A DNA stretch of 64,000 nt from Hyphochytrium catenoides (Eukaryota; Protista; Hyphochytriomycota), in the NCBI GenBank assembly GCA_900088475.1, contig FLMG01001375.1:1-64000 (forward strand), in the 5' to 3' direction. The notes beneath the pieces are model-generated. The model was not told the origin of the DNA. It saw only the letters and a program-made list of their open reading frames with translations, and did no database searches. Shown piece after piece: positions 49,679-60,277 of this stretch; within the stretch, counting starts at the first letter, position 1; every line of letters begins with the position of its first letter. A program made the position numbers and the translations under genes.

Positions 49679-51442
49679 TCACTCTGTCGCAGTGATCATC
49701 ACCGGCGTGTGCATTTCTACAGTTAGAGAGCGCTTCATATGTCGCAGAGTCTTCGTCACGTATGAGGCGCTCCTGTTGGTCACCGAGCCTAGGATTAGGC
49801 ACTGGATCCCACCCAGGCGTCCCATCAATAACAGTTTGCTGAAGTATAGCGCGAAGCACTCTGCAGCAGCATTCTCACGAAGATTCAGATAGCGAAGAGG
49901 AGGAAAGTGCACCGAAGTGATGGCCTTTGCTAAATATTTTGCCCCCTTCCGTTGAATGAAGTTGCTATCTAGACAGAGAGTCTCCAGTTTGGGACAGCCT
50001 CCTGCTGCTAGAGCTGAAGAGAGTTTCTGCGCAGCTCCACAACCCAAGAGGTTACCGCCCAGGTTAAGGTTCTCTAACCGCAATAGCTTCTTTCCTTCTA
50101 TAGCAGCAGCTAAAGCGCCGACTCCTACCTCTCCGATGTAGTTCCTCCTCAGGTCTAAGCGTCGAAGGTCTGGACAACAGCCGGACTGTATCATATCTAC
50201 CAAGTCTAGGGCACCGGCATCGCCTATACCATTTCCTATCAGCTGTAGACTCTTCAGCTTCGGACAGACCCCTTTCTTTAAAGCAGCAGTGAGTAGGGAG
50301 ACAACGCTGTTCCTCTGACCATTGAAAAAGACTGCACATAAGCAGATGGATTCCAGGTTTGGGCAGGAGCCAGCGCTGAGAGCAGCGATAAAATTTCTAA
50401 TAACTCTCTCATAGTTGCTAGCAAGAAATCCGAGTTGGGGAAGAGAGGAAGAGCATTCTCCTGATATGCCCGCCCGGGTGATCCTTTTAACTGTTCCTTG
50501 GGGAACCGGCCAGTAGCTAGGAGGTGTCACATTCTCTGTCTCCTTTGGCTCTACGAAGATGCTGATGTGCCCAAGCTGAGGATAGAGAGAGAGCTGACCG
50601 CCTATGGCTGGAGAGTAGTCAAAGATGTCACTGAGCTGCTTTGGATGCACCTGCAGAGACTGGACACACTGAGGGAGGAAGCGCGCCGCAAACTTATTTA
50701 CTGCTGAGTGTCTAATAGCCTCTTTCCCATCGAGAAAGGCGTAGACAGACATGATGAGATCTTGGTTGTTCCCCAGGAGAAATGTTGAGCTAGGGCGAAA
50801 AGAATGGCGAGGGGTAAGGCACTTTGGAGTGCTAGAGGAGGAGTCAGCGATCGGGCTCGCGAGGAAAGGCTCCGCTCCGGCTTGCCCGAAGAAGTTCCCA
50901 ACCTTCAGAGTAACCAACGCAATGTCTGTCCTTCTCTTTTTTAACAGCCTACTAGGACCTTGAGGCCAGCTCTGCATAGGGAGACCGAGTTCCTCCGTCA
51001 TCTTTCTCTTGGGTTTATCACCAGAAAGGGGAGATGAAGACTGTTGGGAAGCGGCAGCATTAGGGGCTGCGCTGACCTTTGAGGCCTCTAGAGAGAGCTG
51101 CCCGAAGTCATTTGCACATGGAGGATAGGCAGTTAGAGCAAGGAACTGCAGGCGCTTGTTTAAGGTTGAGAGGTCTAGGTACTCCTCGAGTGAAGCCGCC
51201 CTCCGGTATAGTGCAAGCTCCATATGCCTAGCAATGTCAGGTAGATAGTCTGCTGCCTCCTGTTGGTTCTGCTGGTACGACCCTATCCTCGAGTGAATGA
51301 TGCCAAGAAGCCTATAGATCATGCTTACACGGTGAGGATGATCATTGGCACTTTGCCAGGTGAGCGGCAGAGGTGCTCCTTGCTCTGCCATACTTTGACC
51401 GTCCAATAGCACCCCATGGATATTTGATAAAGCTTGTCCCAT
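49679..51442 (-). CDS. Intronless 587-aa protein: KIX-like N-terminal domain + F-box-like motif + RNI-like leucine-rich repeats
   Basis: WQSANDHPHRVSMIYRL...LPDIARHMELALYRRAASLEEYLDLSTLNKRLQ (Med15/CBP KIX_2-like). NQDLIMSVYAFLDGKEAIRHSAVNKFA (F-box-like). Repeats CPKLKSLQLIGNGIGDAGA, CPDLRRLDLRRNYIGEVGV, LENLNLGGNLLG, CPKLETLCLDSNFI. Confidence 0.8.
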   Translation of the reverse strand: MGQALSNIHGVLLDGQSMAEQGAPLPLTWQSANDHPHRVSMIYRLLGIIHSRIGSYQQNQQEAADYLPDIARHMELALYRRAASLEEYLDLSTLNKRLQFLALTAYPPCANDFGQLSLEASKVSAAPNAAASQQSSSPLSGDKPKRKMTEELGLPMQSWPQGPSRLLKKRRTDIALVTLKVGNFFGQAGAEPFLASPIADSSSSTPKCLTPRHSFRPSSTFLLGNNQDLIMSVYAFLDGKEAIRHSAVNKFAARFLPQCVQSLQVHPKQLSDIFDYSPAIGGQLSLYPQLGHISIFVEPKETENVTPPSYWPVPQGTVKRITRAGISGECSSSLPQLGFLASNYERVIRNFIAALSAGSCPNLESICLCAVFFNGQRNSVVSLLTAALKKGVCPKLKSLQLIGNGIGDAGALDLVDMIQSGCCPDLRRLDLRRNYIGEVGVGALAAAIEGKKLLRLENLNLGGNLLGCGAAQKLSSALAAGGCPKLETLCLDSNFIQRKGAKYLAKAITSVHFPPLRYLNLRENAAAECFALYFSKLLLMGRLGGIQCLILGSVTNRSASYVTKTLRHMKRSLTVEMHTPVMITATE

Positions 51443-52049
51443 CTCTCTGTCAGAAGTCTATCACTTAGATCTCTCTTGGTGCCAGTGCTACGATGGGAGA
51501 AACTTCAGAAAGTCTCGGCTGCAAAACACCTGCGGACTGCAGACCCGCAAGAACGGAGACGAACGAATGCGCCAGAAATCTGGCTTTACCGCGATGGTCT
51601 CCACCTTTGACTGGCGGCCACCACTGCGCACTCTCTTCTTTTTCCTCTTTCTATTTTATTTCTCCTTCTGTTTATAGCTCCATGCTGCAGGGCTGCTGAT
51701 GAGGCAGTGAGTGTCGGCAGTCTCTGTTGCTATAACGGGCTAGGAAGGTATGAATATGTTGGTGCTTGTACGAGCAAAGAAGAGATTTGGTCCCGTCAAA
51801 AGATAAAAATATTTTTCTCTCGCCTCGAAGGTGGGACGGGTGATGAATCTCCCTCCTCTTCTTTCTGTTCTTTTTCTCTCCTTTCTCCTTCTTCTTTTCT
51901 TATCCTCTCTCTCTCTCTCTCTTCCTCTCTTCTCTTGCTCTTGTCAATGATGATGGCGCCAAACCTCGACAGTCGTGACTTCCAGCCCTCAGTTTCCTTT
52001 CAGCCCCATACAGAGCCAAAGAAGGGGAGGTGGCAAATGATGCTCTCTT

Positions 52050-52114
52050 TCAGCAAGAGAGACAGATCGATGAGAGAGAAAGGACAGCTGGGAGAGAGAC
52101 ATGCCATTCGCCAG

Positions 52115-52145
<31 letters not shown>

Positions 52146-52168
52146 CGGTATGGGAGAGAGAGAGAGAG

Positions 52169-52204
<36 letters not shown>

Positions 52205-52500
52205 CTACCTCAGACAAGGGAACAAAGGGAAAGGGAGGAAAATGGCCAAGGCCTCAACAGAAGGTGGCGGGAAATGGAAGGAGCTTGGAGAGGGATGATG
52301 GAGGCGATCGGGCTGTGGAAGAGACTGGAGGGGATGAGGTGATGATGGTGATGATGATGTGGAGAGAAAGGCCAAAGATGAAAGACAGAGTGAGACAGAA
52401 CAGGCCGGAGATATGGGAAGATCGACGGTTGAGTGGGTAGGGCGAATGAGTGGGTGAATAGGGTTGAGACAGAGAGCAGCGAGATGTGGATGGAAGATAA
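52050..52500. repeat. (GA)n-rich microsatellite block
   Basis: Near-pure GA runs at ~52118-52200 with purine-rich flanks. Confidence 0.9.
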
Positions 52501-53394
52501 GGAGACCCAGATTGAAGAGCTGGGCCAAGAGATAGGAATTCCAATCTCCAGCTTCTGTGGGAGACGGCTCCTAAACGTGGGTTTGGCACGATAGGAAAGA
52601 ACATAAGGTGCTATTTCCATATTGAAGTTGCGTTTGATACTGCAGTGAAGCTGTGTTTGAGGAGTTTAGGACTTAGGAGGACTGTGTCCTATGTCATTGG
52701 TCATCCTGCAGGGCTTTTCCTCTCTTTCCTTTTGGAACCGCGTCTTGTGCCTTCCCGCTAAAGTCTAATAATATTCCTTCTTTACTGCATGTTGCTTGTC
52801 TATATAAGGCCTTATACTGACTGTCATGGTGGGGCTTTTTCCTATCCTCTTCTTTTCTTGATAAATAAAGTGCAAAGCTTCAATATGTGAAAGGTTCAAA
52901 GGTGAGAGTACTGTAGTGGTTGTACTGCTATATTCGGCTCTTCACCAATATTTCGGTTTTGGAATGTTTTCATGGAGGAAAAAGAGAAAGGAGGGTGGGA
53001 TATTTTAGAAGCTTTACCCTTTTAGTACAAAAATAGACGGCCAAATCGGCACATCCCAGTCAAACCGAGGAAAAGTTGTCCATGATGGGACGTCTCAGCC
53101 TATTTTTCTAAACTGATTCATGTCATTCTTGACAAGGATTATGCTGCCATACTTTCTTGTCATAGGAACTATAGTTCTAGAGTAGTTTTACAGCCAGTGC
53201 GAGATACACGGCTCATTGTCATTTATGAATCGCTTTTATTGTCCAAATCTGGTAAATTGACTGTCAATAAAGCTTTATTGACACGAATAATTGGTTTGTG
53301 ATTTCGAAGGTATGGAAACTGGTTCTATTGGGTAAGGAAAATGTTAGTCAGCCAGAAATCTTGGACTCCTTTTCCTCCCTTCACGTCTTAGATC

Positions 53395-54540
53395 AGCGCG
53401 CTGCCCAGCCATTTATTCCTGGAGTCCTACTACTGTTTTGTTTGACACTACTACTCTGTTTGGTGGCGCCTCTGATCTACAGTTTTAACACCCGCTGGGA
53501 CGATGCCATGGTCCCTTGATGCCCTACCTTCCTTTGCCCTTATGATGAGCTAGCGGGGTCAGATGCCTGCCCCTGGCTTTATTACCCTGACGACAAGCAC
53601 GAAAGGTACCATTATTTCGGGGCAGACATAGAACTGAAACAGAAGACCTGGGAGACTGTCATAAGAAGACCCGAAGACCCGACCCCAAAATTCTAGTCGC
53701 AGTCAAAGTAGAATATGAGCAAGGTTCTTGGTGGGCGTTGCTAATCAGCAGGTGAGCAGCTGGTGAACTGTCGCCCTACCCTGCGCAGTGGTCTCTGATG
53801 AAGAAGTCAGTAGTACGGCCAAACCAAAAGCCAAGCCAAGACAGCAGCGAGGATGTTGTACAGGATGATCTGGCTCTATTTGTCGAATTTTCTTTCTGGA
53901 GCTTGTGGTAGAGCAGCTGGCTGGGAGCACAGTGTCGACGAGAAGGGTTGCTGACTAGTAAATAGAAGCACACAAGCGTCGTACCACACACGACTACGTA
54001 CTATGAGTGCCACACAAAACTAATCACCAATCCATGATCTATAGAATCCATGGCAGTTGCTGGCCAGTAACATTTAGTAGAGAAGCAACTAGTGGAAGGC
54101 TAGGGAGGGCCATTATTTTTTTAAGACAGACTACTATACAAGCATTAATAAAAAAAAGCTTACCACTTTTGAATGATGACGACGCTGTAGATGGTTTTTC
54201 ATGGGGTCTGTAGGGTCACGAACGTAGGACGACAGGACGACCACCGCTTCTTTCACCGAAAAGGAACCCAGCTCCAGCCTCCAGGTGTTGGTACGTTGGA
54301 CTTACACGACATCACGATGCGTCACCGCATCCGCTAGATGCCCCTTCCGCCGGTAAGTACACTGAGGGGGAAGGTAGAGTCTGACATGGCAAGGGTACTT
54401 ATTACTCCTGGTATGTGCACTGATGATAGCAAAATTCGAGTGCCAAAATTTTGTGATACCTTCCTCAAGTTGAACCACCCATTCACTACTATGCACGAGA
54501 AGACTTCGCTTTCTTGCCCCAAACAATGCCGCTAGTTACT
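53395..54540 (-). mobile_element. Highly degenerate DIRS/Ngaro-like retrotransposon relic (RNase H followed by tyrosine recombinase)
   Basis: Motif remnants occur in the expected order on one strand, broken by stops and frameshifts: TSGIVWGKKAKSS, RILLSSVHIPGVISTLA, WLGFWFGRTTDF, L*IRGAT, KWLGSA. Confidence 0.35.
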
Positions 54541-55350
54541 GCTTCATCGCTTGAACCTACTTTGCGTACGCCCGCATTAATTAAGAAGTGATCATGCCCT
54601 TGTTGCCATTTGCCCACATGTCGTGGCACGTTGGTGATCATAAGACCGCGGAGCCTGAAATGCACCGATAAAAATTATACGTGCTCAGCAATATGCTAGG
54701 GTTGACTTCAATCTTTCCTGCGATTGCGTGACATCTGACTAAACAAAAGGTTGTCAGACGGAGGGTCTTTCTATCTTCCTATTTACCGACCTTTCGTACC
54801 GGTCGCCTCAAAAGAGGTTTGATAATTAGGAACACTACTACTCGCACACTTAATGGCAGGCCACTACGTTGTAGAAATAGGTCATAGCATTAGCGCCTTC
54901 TTCACCACCACAGTCTCCGAGCTCTGTCCAAGGGTAGCTACACCGTGGCAAGGCCCAGAGATGCGTTCTTCAGGACACCCAGAGAAAGAAGTGCAAGCGT
55001 AGTAGTGAAAGGCAACGTTCTCTGCAGCGGTCTGGATACCAGGCTTAGCTGGGCTGGGCCCGCCCTTGGCTTCCCTACCAGACGAAGTTGGAAGAAAGGG
55101 CCGTCTTGCTCGATCCTACCTTGTTCTGTCCTAATAATTTACTATTTGCCCGTAAGATGACCTCTGTCTTTACATTGTTGACGTGCATCTAGCCAGAAGA
55201 AGGCTTCTCCGTTCGTTACTGTTGGCCGCAGGGACAAAAAGATGTCCCAGAAAGTGAAGCTTCAATGGATGGAAACCTAGTCCTGCAAAGTTCTAATACC
55301 CTTTAAGCCCTTTCCGCTTCTATCCAAAGTCTCCTCTTTGGCAGCGCCCT

Positions 55351-57588
55351 TTAAACGCCCATCATGTTGAGGAGCTCGTGCAGACCCCAAAGATTCTTCC
55401 TAAGCTCATCAGAGCGCTGATTCAGGGCTTTCTTAAGCTTGAACGCCTCAGACTTCGGTCTCTCCGCTGGCAGAATAATTTCATCTAGTCCCCCGTACTG
55501 CAACTGGTCTACCTCGGAGAAGAGAGTAAGAACCTCGTCATGCAAGGCTGGATGGACTTGGCCCTTCTCGTACTGTCAAATAGCAAGCACGTGAGGAGCA
55601 ACCTGGTACGACGCGTGTCAAATAGCTAGCGCTCACCTCTCGCTTGAGCTCCTGCAACCGCTGCTCGCAGAGAGTCAGTCTGCCGCTGATGCTATAAAGT
55701 CCTCGAAGTGCACAATCCACGATGACAGTCTGTCGATCCGGCACGCCATAACTCTGTCTATTGCCTCCAGGGGTTGATGCTCTTGGCTGAGAAACTCTGT
55801 CGGGGAATCTGTATTCCTGACCTCCTGAAGTCCGAAACTCTTCAACAGGGACTTGTGCTTTGGTCAACTGCTGCTGTGTAGCGGCCGATGCTGCAACTAT
55901 TTCAGAAGGAATTAAAGGGAAAAAGAAGAAGGAAGACAGTTGACCTCTCATTGTGGCCTGATGGAAGAAAATCGGCTGTCTCCTCACCATTTGCAAGCTT
56001 GGACTGGTCTTCTGATGGACGTGATGAGGTAGCCATACCACCTTTACCTCCTGTAGCTGCCATCTGTTCCTGTGCAGGCCTACGCTGCCCCAAGGGCTGG
56101 GCAACAAAGGCGACAGTCCTGAACCAACACTTTGTGCTATTACCTAGTACTATCGCGTTGCTGATACCAGTGCCTGGGTCATCAGCGATGCCAAAGTAGC
56201 AATCTGGCCAGTGGACGGACTGCAAAACGAAAGGTGTGTCACAGGTGAGATACTCTCCCCCTTCAAACCTTATAGTGAAGAGACTCTTTGTGCTTGATAG
56301 CTGATTATGGCCCCAAGTGCAGTATCTGTGAGGAGATACAACGGTGATGTCCGTTAGACGAACATTCGTATCCACCCTCGTTTCACCTCCGCTATCCTCT
56401 TCCTCACTCTCAATCCAGCTGCCACTTCCTAACTTGCGTTGCCCAAGCGGACTCTATCTTACTCTCTTCCTCATTATCTACATACTTTCATATGCACAGA
56501 TTGGCCCTAGGCCATTATTTCTGCATCATAATAGCAGGTCATCTGCTCGCCCACTGACGACAACGCTACCTTCCCCTACCTTGATAGCTTCTGGCCTTTA
56601 ACAAAGCGGTTCTGCTTGGTCCGCCGCTCGTGAAAGCGTACATAGACCTTGTCGTCTTTCTTCACGCGAAGGTCTCGTGTAGGCGATAGGTCATGAGCTT
56701 CTAAGTAAAGAACCTCGTTCCAGTCAACGGAGGCCTGCTTGCTTTGAGGGAGTAGACAAGGCGGACCTTCAATGAATCTAGCCGACAGCACCTTCGAAGG
56801 ATCTGAGGCTGAGCAGAGCCTTACTGGAAATCCGTAAAAGACAAAGAGGGATGGAGCTCTGGCCGTGTATGAGCGCGTAGGAAGTTCGTCTCTGGGTGCG
56901 ACTGGTGGGCTGAGGGCAAGGTGCATCATGATAAATAAAAACAAAAATTGAACGCCTACACCACGTAACAGCCTTAAGGGTACTGAGCGTAGAGAGAAAA
57001 TAGAGAGAGAGTTCGTACTTCTGGCCTGCGACTCTCTAGCCTTTCTTAGAGCTTTCGCAAGGACAACATCCTATGCTGAATACTCTTTCTCTTCCTCAAA
57101 GCTGAGATTGTTGGCCCCTCTTCTAGGCCTCTAAAAAGGCTGCATTCCACCATAATCTATCCTGTGTGGACGTAACACAATGCCACGAAGCAGCTTAAAA
57201 AAGTGAGCTCAACCTTTTCGGTGAGCTCTAATATCTTGCTTCGTTCTGCTATAGCTTCGCAGAATATGCGGCGAACGGTGTTCTTAGCTTCACCAGAACT
57301 TCCATCTGACGCCCTTGATCGCCATCGTTCCTTCCCTGTGGTCGGTGGCACATAAAGGAAGGAGAAGACAGACAGAGAGGCAGGACAGTCAGGCGACGAC
57401 ATCTGTCTCCTCAAAGCCGTCCTGGTTCCTTGATTCGCCTTGTGGATCATTATGATGAAGAACAATGAAAGAGAAATGCCAAACCAGAGTGTGCACCAGA
57501 GAACAGAAGATACAAAAGGTAGAGAGAGGGAGGGGACCCCTCGCAGAGACAAAAGTCAGACACAGGGCAACAGAAAGAGAGAGAGCGT

Positions 57589-57628
<40 letters not shown>

Positions 57629-57638
57629 GAGAGAGACA

Positions 57639-57670
<32 letters not shown>

Positions 57671-58008
57671 AAGGAGGCAAAGGGCACAGAAGAAGGTGAA
57701 GGACAAAAGAGTACAGATCTTGGCTCCTCCTTGTGTCGCCTGCGGCTGGCATCATAAAAACTGCGGGTACCACAACCTGCCCGCAAGAATAGCCGCTAAC
57801 ATCAAACCGCAGATCAGCATTATATATTGGGGATATTTGCAGCCCCTTATGGCGTCTGTTCGGTAATCGAAGCTTCTCTATCACAGATCTTGAAGCTGGT
57901 CAAATTACCGTTACATCTGATTCTCCAGGGCTTGTTCTGACCGCTGACGCCGGAGGAGAAGGCCCAGCCATCCAGGAGATTGGCGTCCTTGCTTGTCCTC
58001 ATGGCCAT
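55351..58008 (-). CDS. Unknown multi-exon protein with a beta-rich central region and a possible BAG-like C-terminal helical bundle
   Basis: Open exons at 56576-56910, 55902-56375 and 55351-55570 have GT/AG ends. C-terminus LFSEVDQLQYGGLDEIILP...EAFKLKKALNQRSDEL. 5' exons are tentative. Confidence 0.5.
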
Positions 58009-58322
58009 GCGTCATCATGGGGCAGCATGCAGCGACTGCTGCATCCTCGTCAACAGAGAAGAGCATCCGTCGGTGCACCTTGTAGAGGATCTCTTAGATA
58101 GAACGTTTTTGATAGCTATTGCTACTCCCTTGTCTTGACAACCAGCTTTCTCTGTCGTTGCTTGTCAAACAACGTTTGCCTGATAGAGGCGCTTCCTACT
58201 ACAATCGATCTTCCGTGACGAGCTACTTCAACCTTCCCAAAAGAGCGCCACCATCATACACTACGTGCAGATAGAGTGAAGTATTCGAAGCTCTTGGGTT
58301 AATGTACCCTAGCCCTAACATG

Positions 58323-58418
58323 CTGAAAGTTATCGAGACAAAGGCAGCCCTTTCCGCAATCTGGTCAATTCCTGAAGGTTATCGAGACAAAGGCAGCCCT
58401 TTCCGCAATCCGGTCATT
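58323..58418 (+). repeat. 49-bp-period tandem duplication
   Basis: CTGAA(A/G)GTTATCGAGACAAAGGCAGCCCTTTCCGCAATC(T/C)GGTCA at 58323 and 58372. Confidence 0.9.
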
Positions 58419-60277
58419 CTTCGTTCTTCTTCTATCACTATATAGAGCTAAGTGTGGAGAGACTCGGTGTTATGGACTGGTGGATCTTAGAGGAAGGAAA
58501 AAGCGACTCAGTTCGAAAAGGGTAAGAGAAATCTGGCTAATTATGCCCAAGTGAAAGCAGTTAGGAAGCCAAAAGCTTGCCCGAAACAGCTATGAGGATT
58601 GAGGGTCCTTCTTATCACCGCCAAAATCTATCGTTGCATTATCGCTCCTCTTTCACCTCCGATGGTAAAGGAACGCCATGAGCCTATTGCTTGATAATGA
58701 ATACCATGGACCCCGTCTAGCCTGGGCGTTTTTATTGTTAACTACGATTCGACAGGGGGCTGCCTCGTCCAGTCAGAGGACTCTGAAGAACAGCACATCA
58801 CTCATGGAGAATAACCAGGTCTAGCGGTAGTAGTAATGCAAATCCAATGGCTGGACATTGCCAGATTGTGTCTATCTATGTCAGCCTCTGGTAGGAGTTT
58901 ACCTCACCTTTGGAGGTGGTGATGCAAGGAGACACCTTTACCGAGCTAACATAATATCACCGTTCTTCTGCCAAAGCTGACCCGTATTAGGCCACCTCAC
59001 CAAAGATGTTTTCACTCTTCTTAGGTCAGCGACATGCATTTTTAACTGAACTCCCCACAAAAGGCAGACTTGTTTGCCTTCGTTCCCCCTCACAACTCCT
59101 CCTCCAAGTTTCACTAGGAACTACTGAGGGAGAGTCCACATATGACTAGGCACTCAATACTATAAAATCGTGGGGCCGGCACTGACCTAGAATGAAAGAC
59201 AAAATCATTAAGACCTGTATATAGCGCTCCCCAAACAAGGACGACCACGCCATATCGTCCCGCATCCAACTCTCCGCAAAAGCACAGGCCGTCCAACAAT
59301 CATCACATTAAGTACTTGAGAAGAGCGTAGCTGTGGTAGACATCTTGACGATGTTATTGTGCCCTGTCAAAGAAGCTGTGGATGACATATTCGGTCCCTT
59401 CGAACCAACTGATATGATATGCCTACATTAAGTAAAGAACAATCACAGTCCAGCTTCTTCCCTGGTAGAGGCAGCTTTCATCGTCATCTTCCTTTTCGAC
59501 ATAGCAGAGCTCACATCAGCCACTAACTAACTTGGTCGTCTTCTTCACAGGTCTGCTCCCTCAATAAAATGATGATGATAGCCCAGCGAAGAAGAAGCGC
59601 AATGATTGAAAGGGTGGAGAGCTGCCCAATCAGAAGGGCACAAGCGGCGTGAGATGAACCACTCCATATTTGTCAATTTAGGTTAAATAAACCACACTTA
59701 ATGAGAAATATATAGTTTCATGGAGGAGATGGGTCTAGAACACTCTGGAGAGTACTACCATATTTGGCGCTTTTATTGACAAATACAGGTTTATGAGTGG
59801 TTTGACATTATTTCCACCTGTGTGCCAGCCATCAGCGCCCATCTCACCTCCCACCTCCACCTTCCAACCTGAGCAGATGTGATTGACGCTTCTCTCTCTA
59901 GAGCTCTGTCTGGCCTGCAGTCACTCTGTCTCTCAAATTGGTTCTGTTTATACGGTTCTTTGCGTCCCTGTCATCCTAGTTTTCTCTCTGCACCTCTCTG
60001 TCTCGTCCTCTCTCGCTCGTTATTCAGTGTATGACCTGACCTGCCTCCCCACAGTTCAACTTCATCACTCTTTACTACCATCTCCATCTGCTTTCTCAGT
60101 TTGCGTCCTTCAGAGCTCGGCTCGACCAGCTACCGCGCAGGAAGGAGCGTACGGGAACAGCGAGATGACGTGACCTCTGTTCTCACTGGCAAGCCTGCCA
60201 GCAAGGGAAAGCTGGAAGTCTCGCCCTCTGCCACGTAAGAAGACGAGAGAGACGGAGAGAGACCAAGGGGAGGAACG

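Noticed and set aside
53278-53283. TTGACA as a bacterial sigma-70 -35 box
   Set aside because: Eukaryotic nuclear context, with no downstream -10 box or prokaryotic gene.
58420-59800. Possible hAT/DDE transposase remnant (e.g. MDWW)
   Set aside because: One short motif only. The surrounding frames show no supporting residues or terminal repeats.
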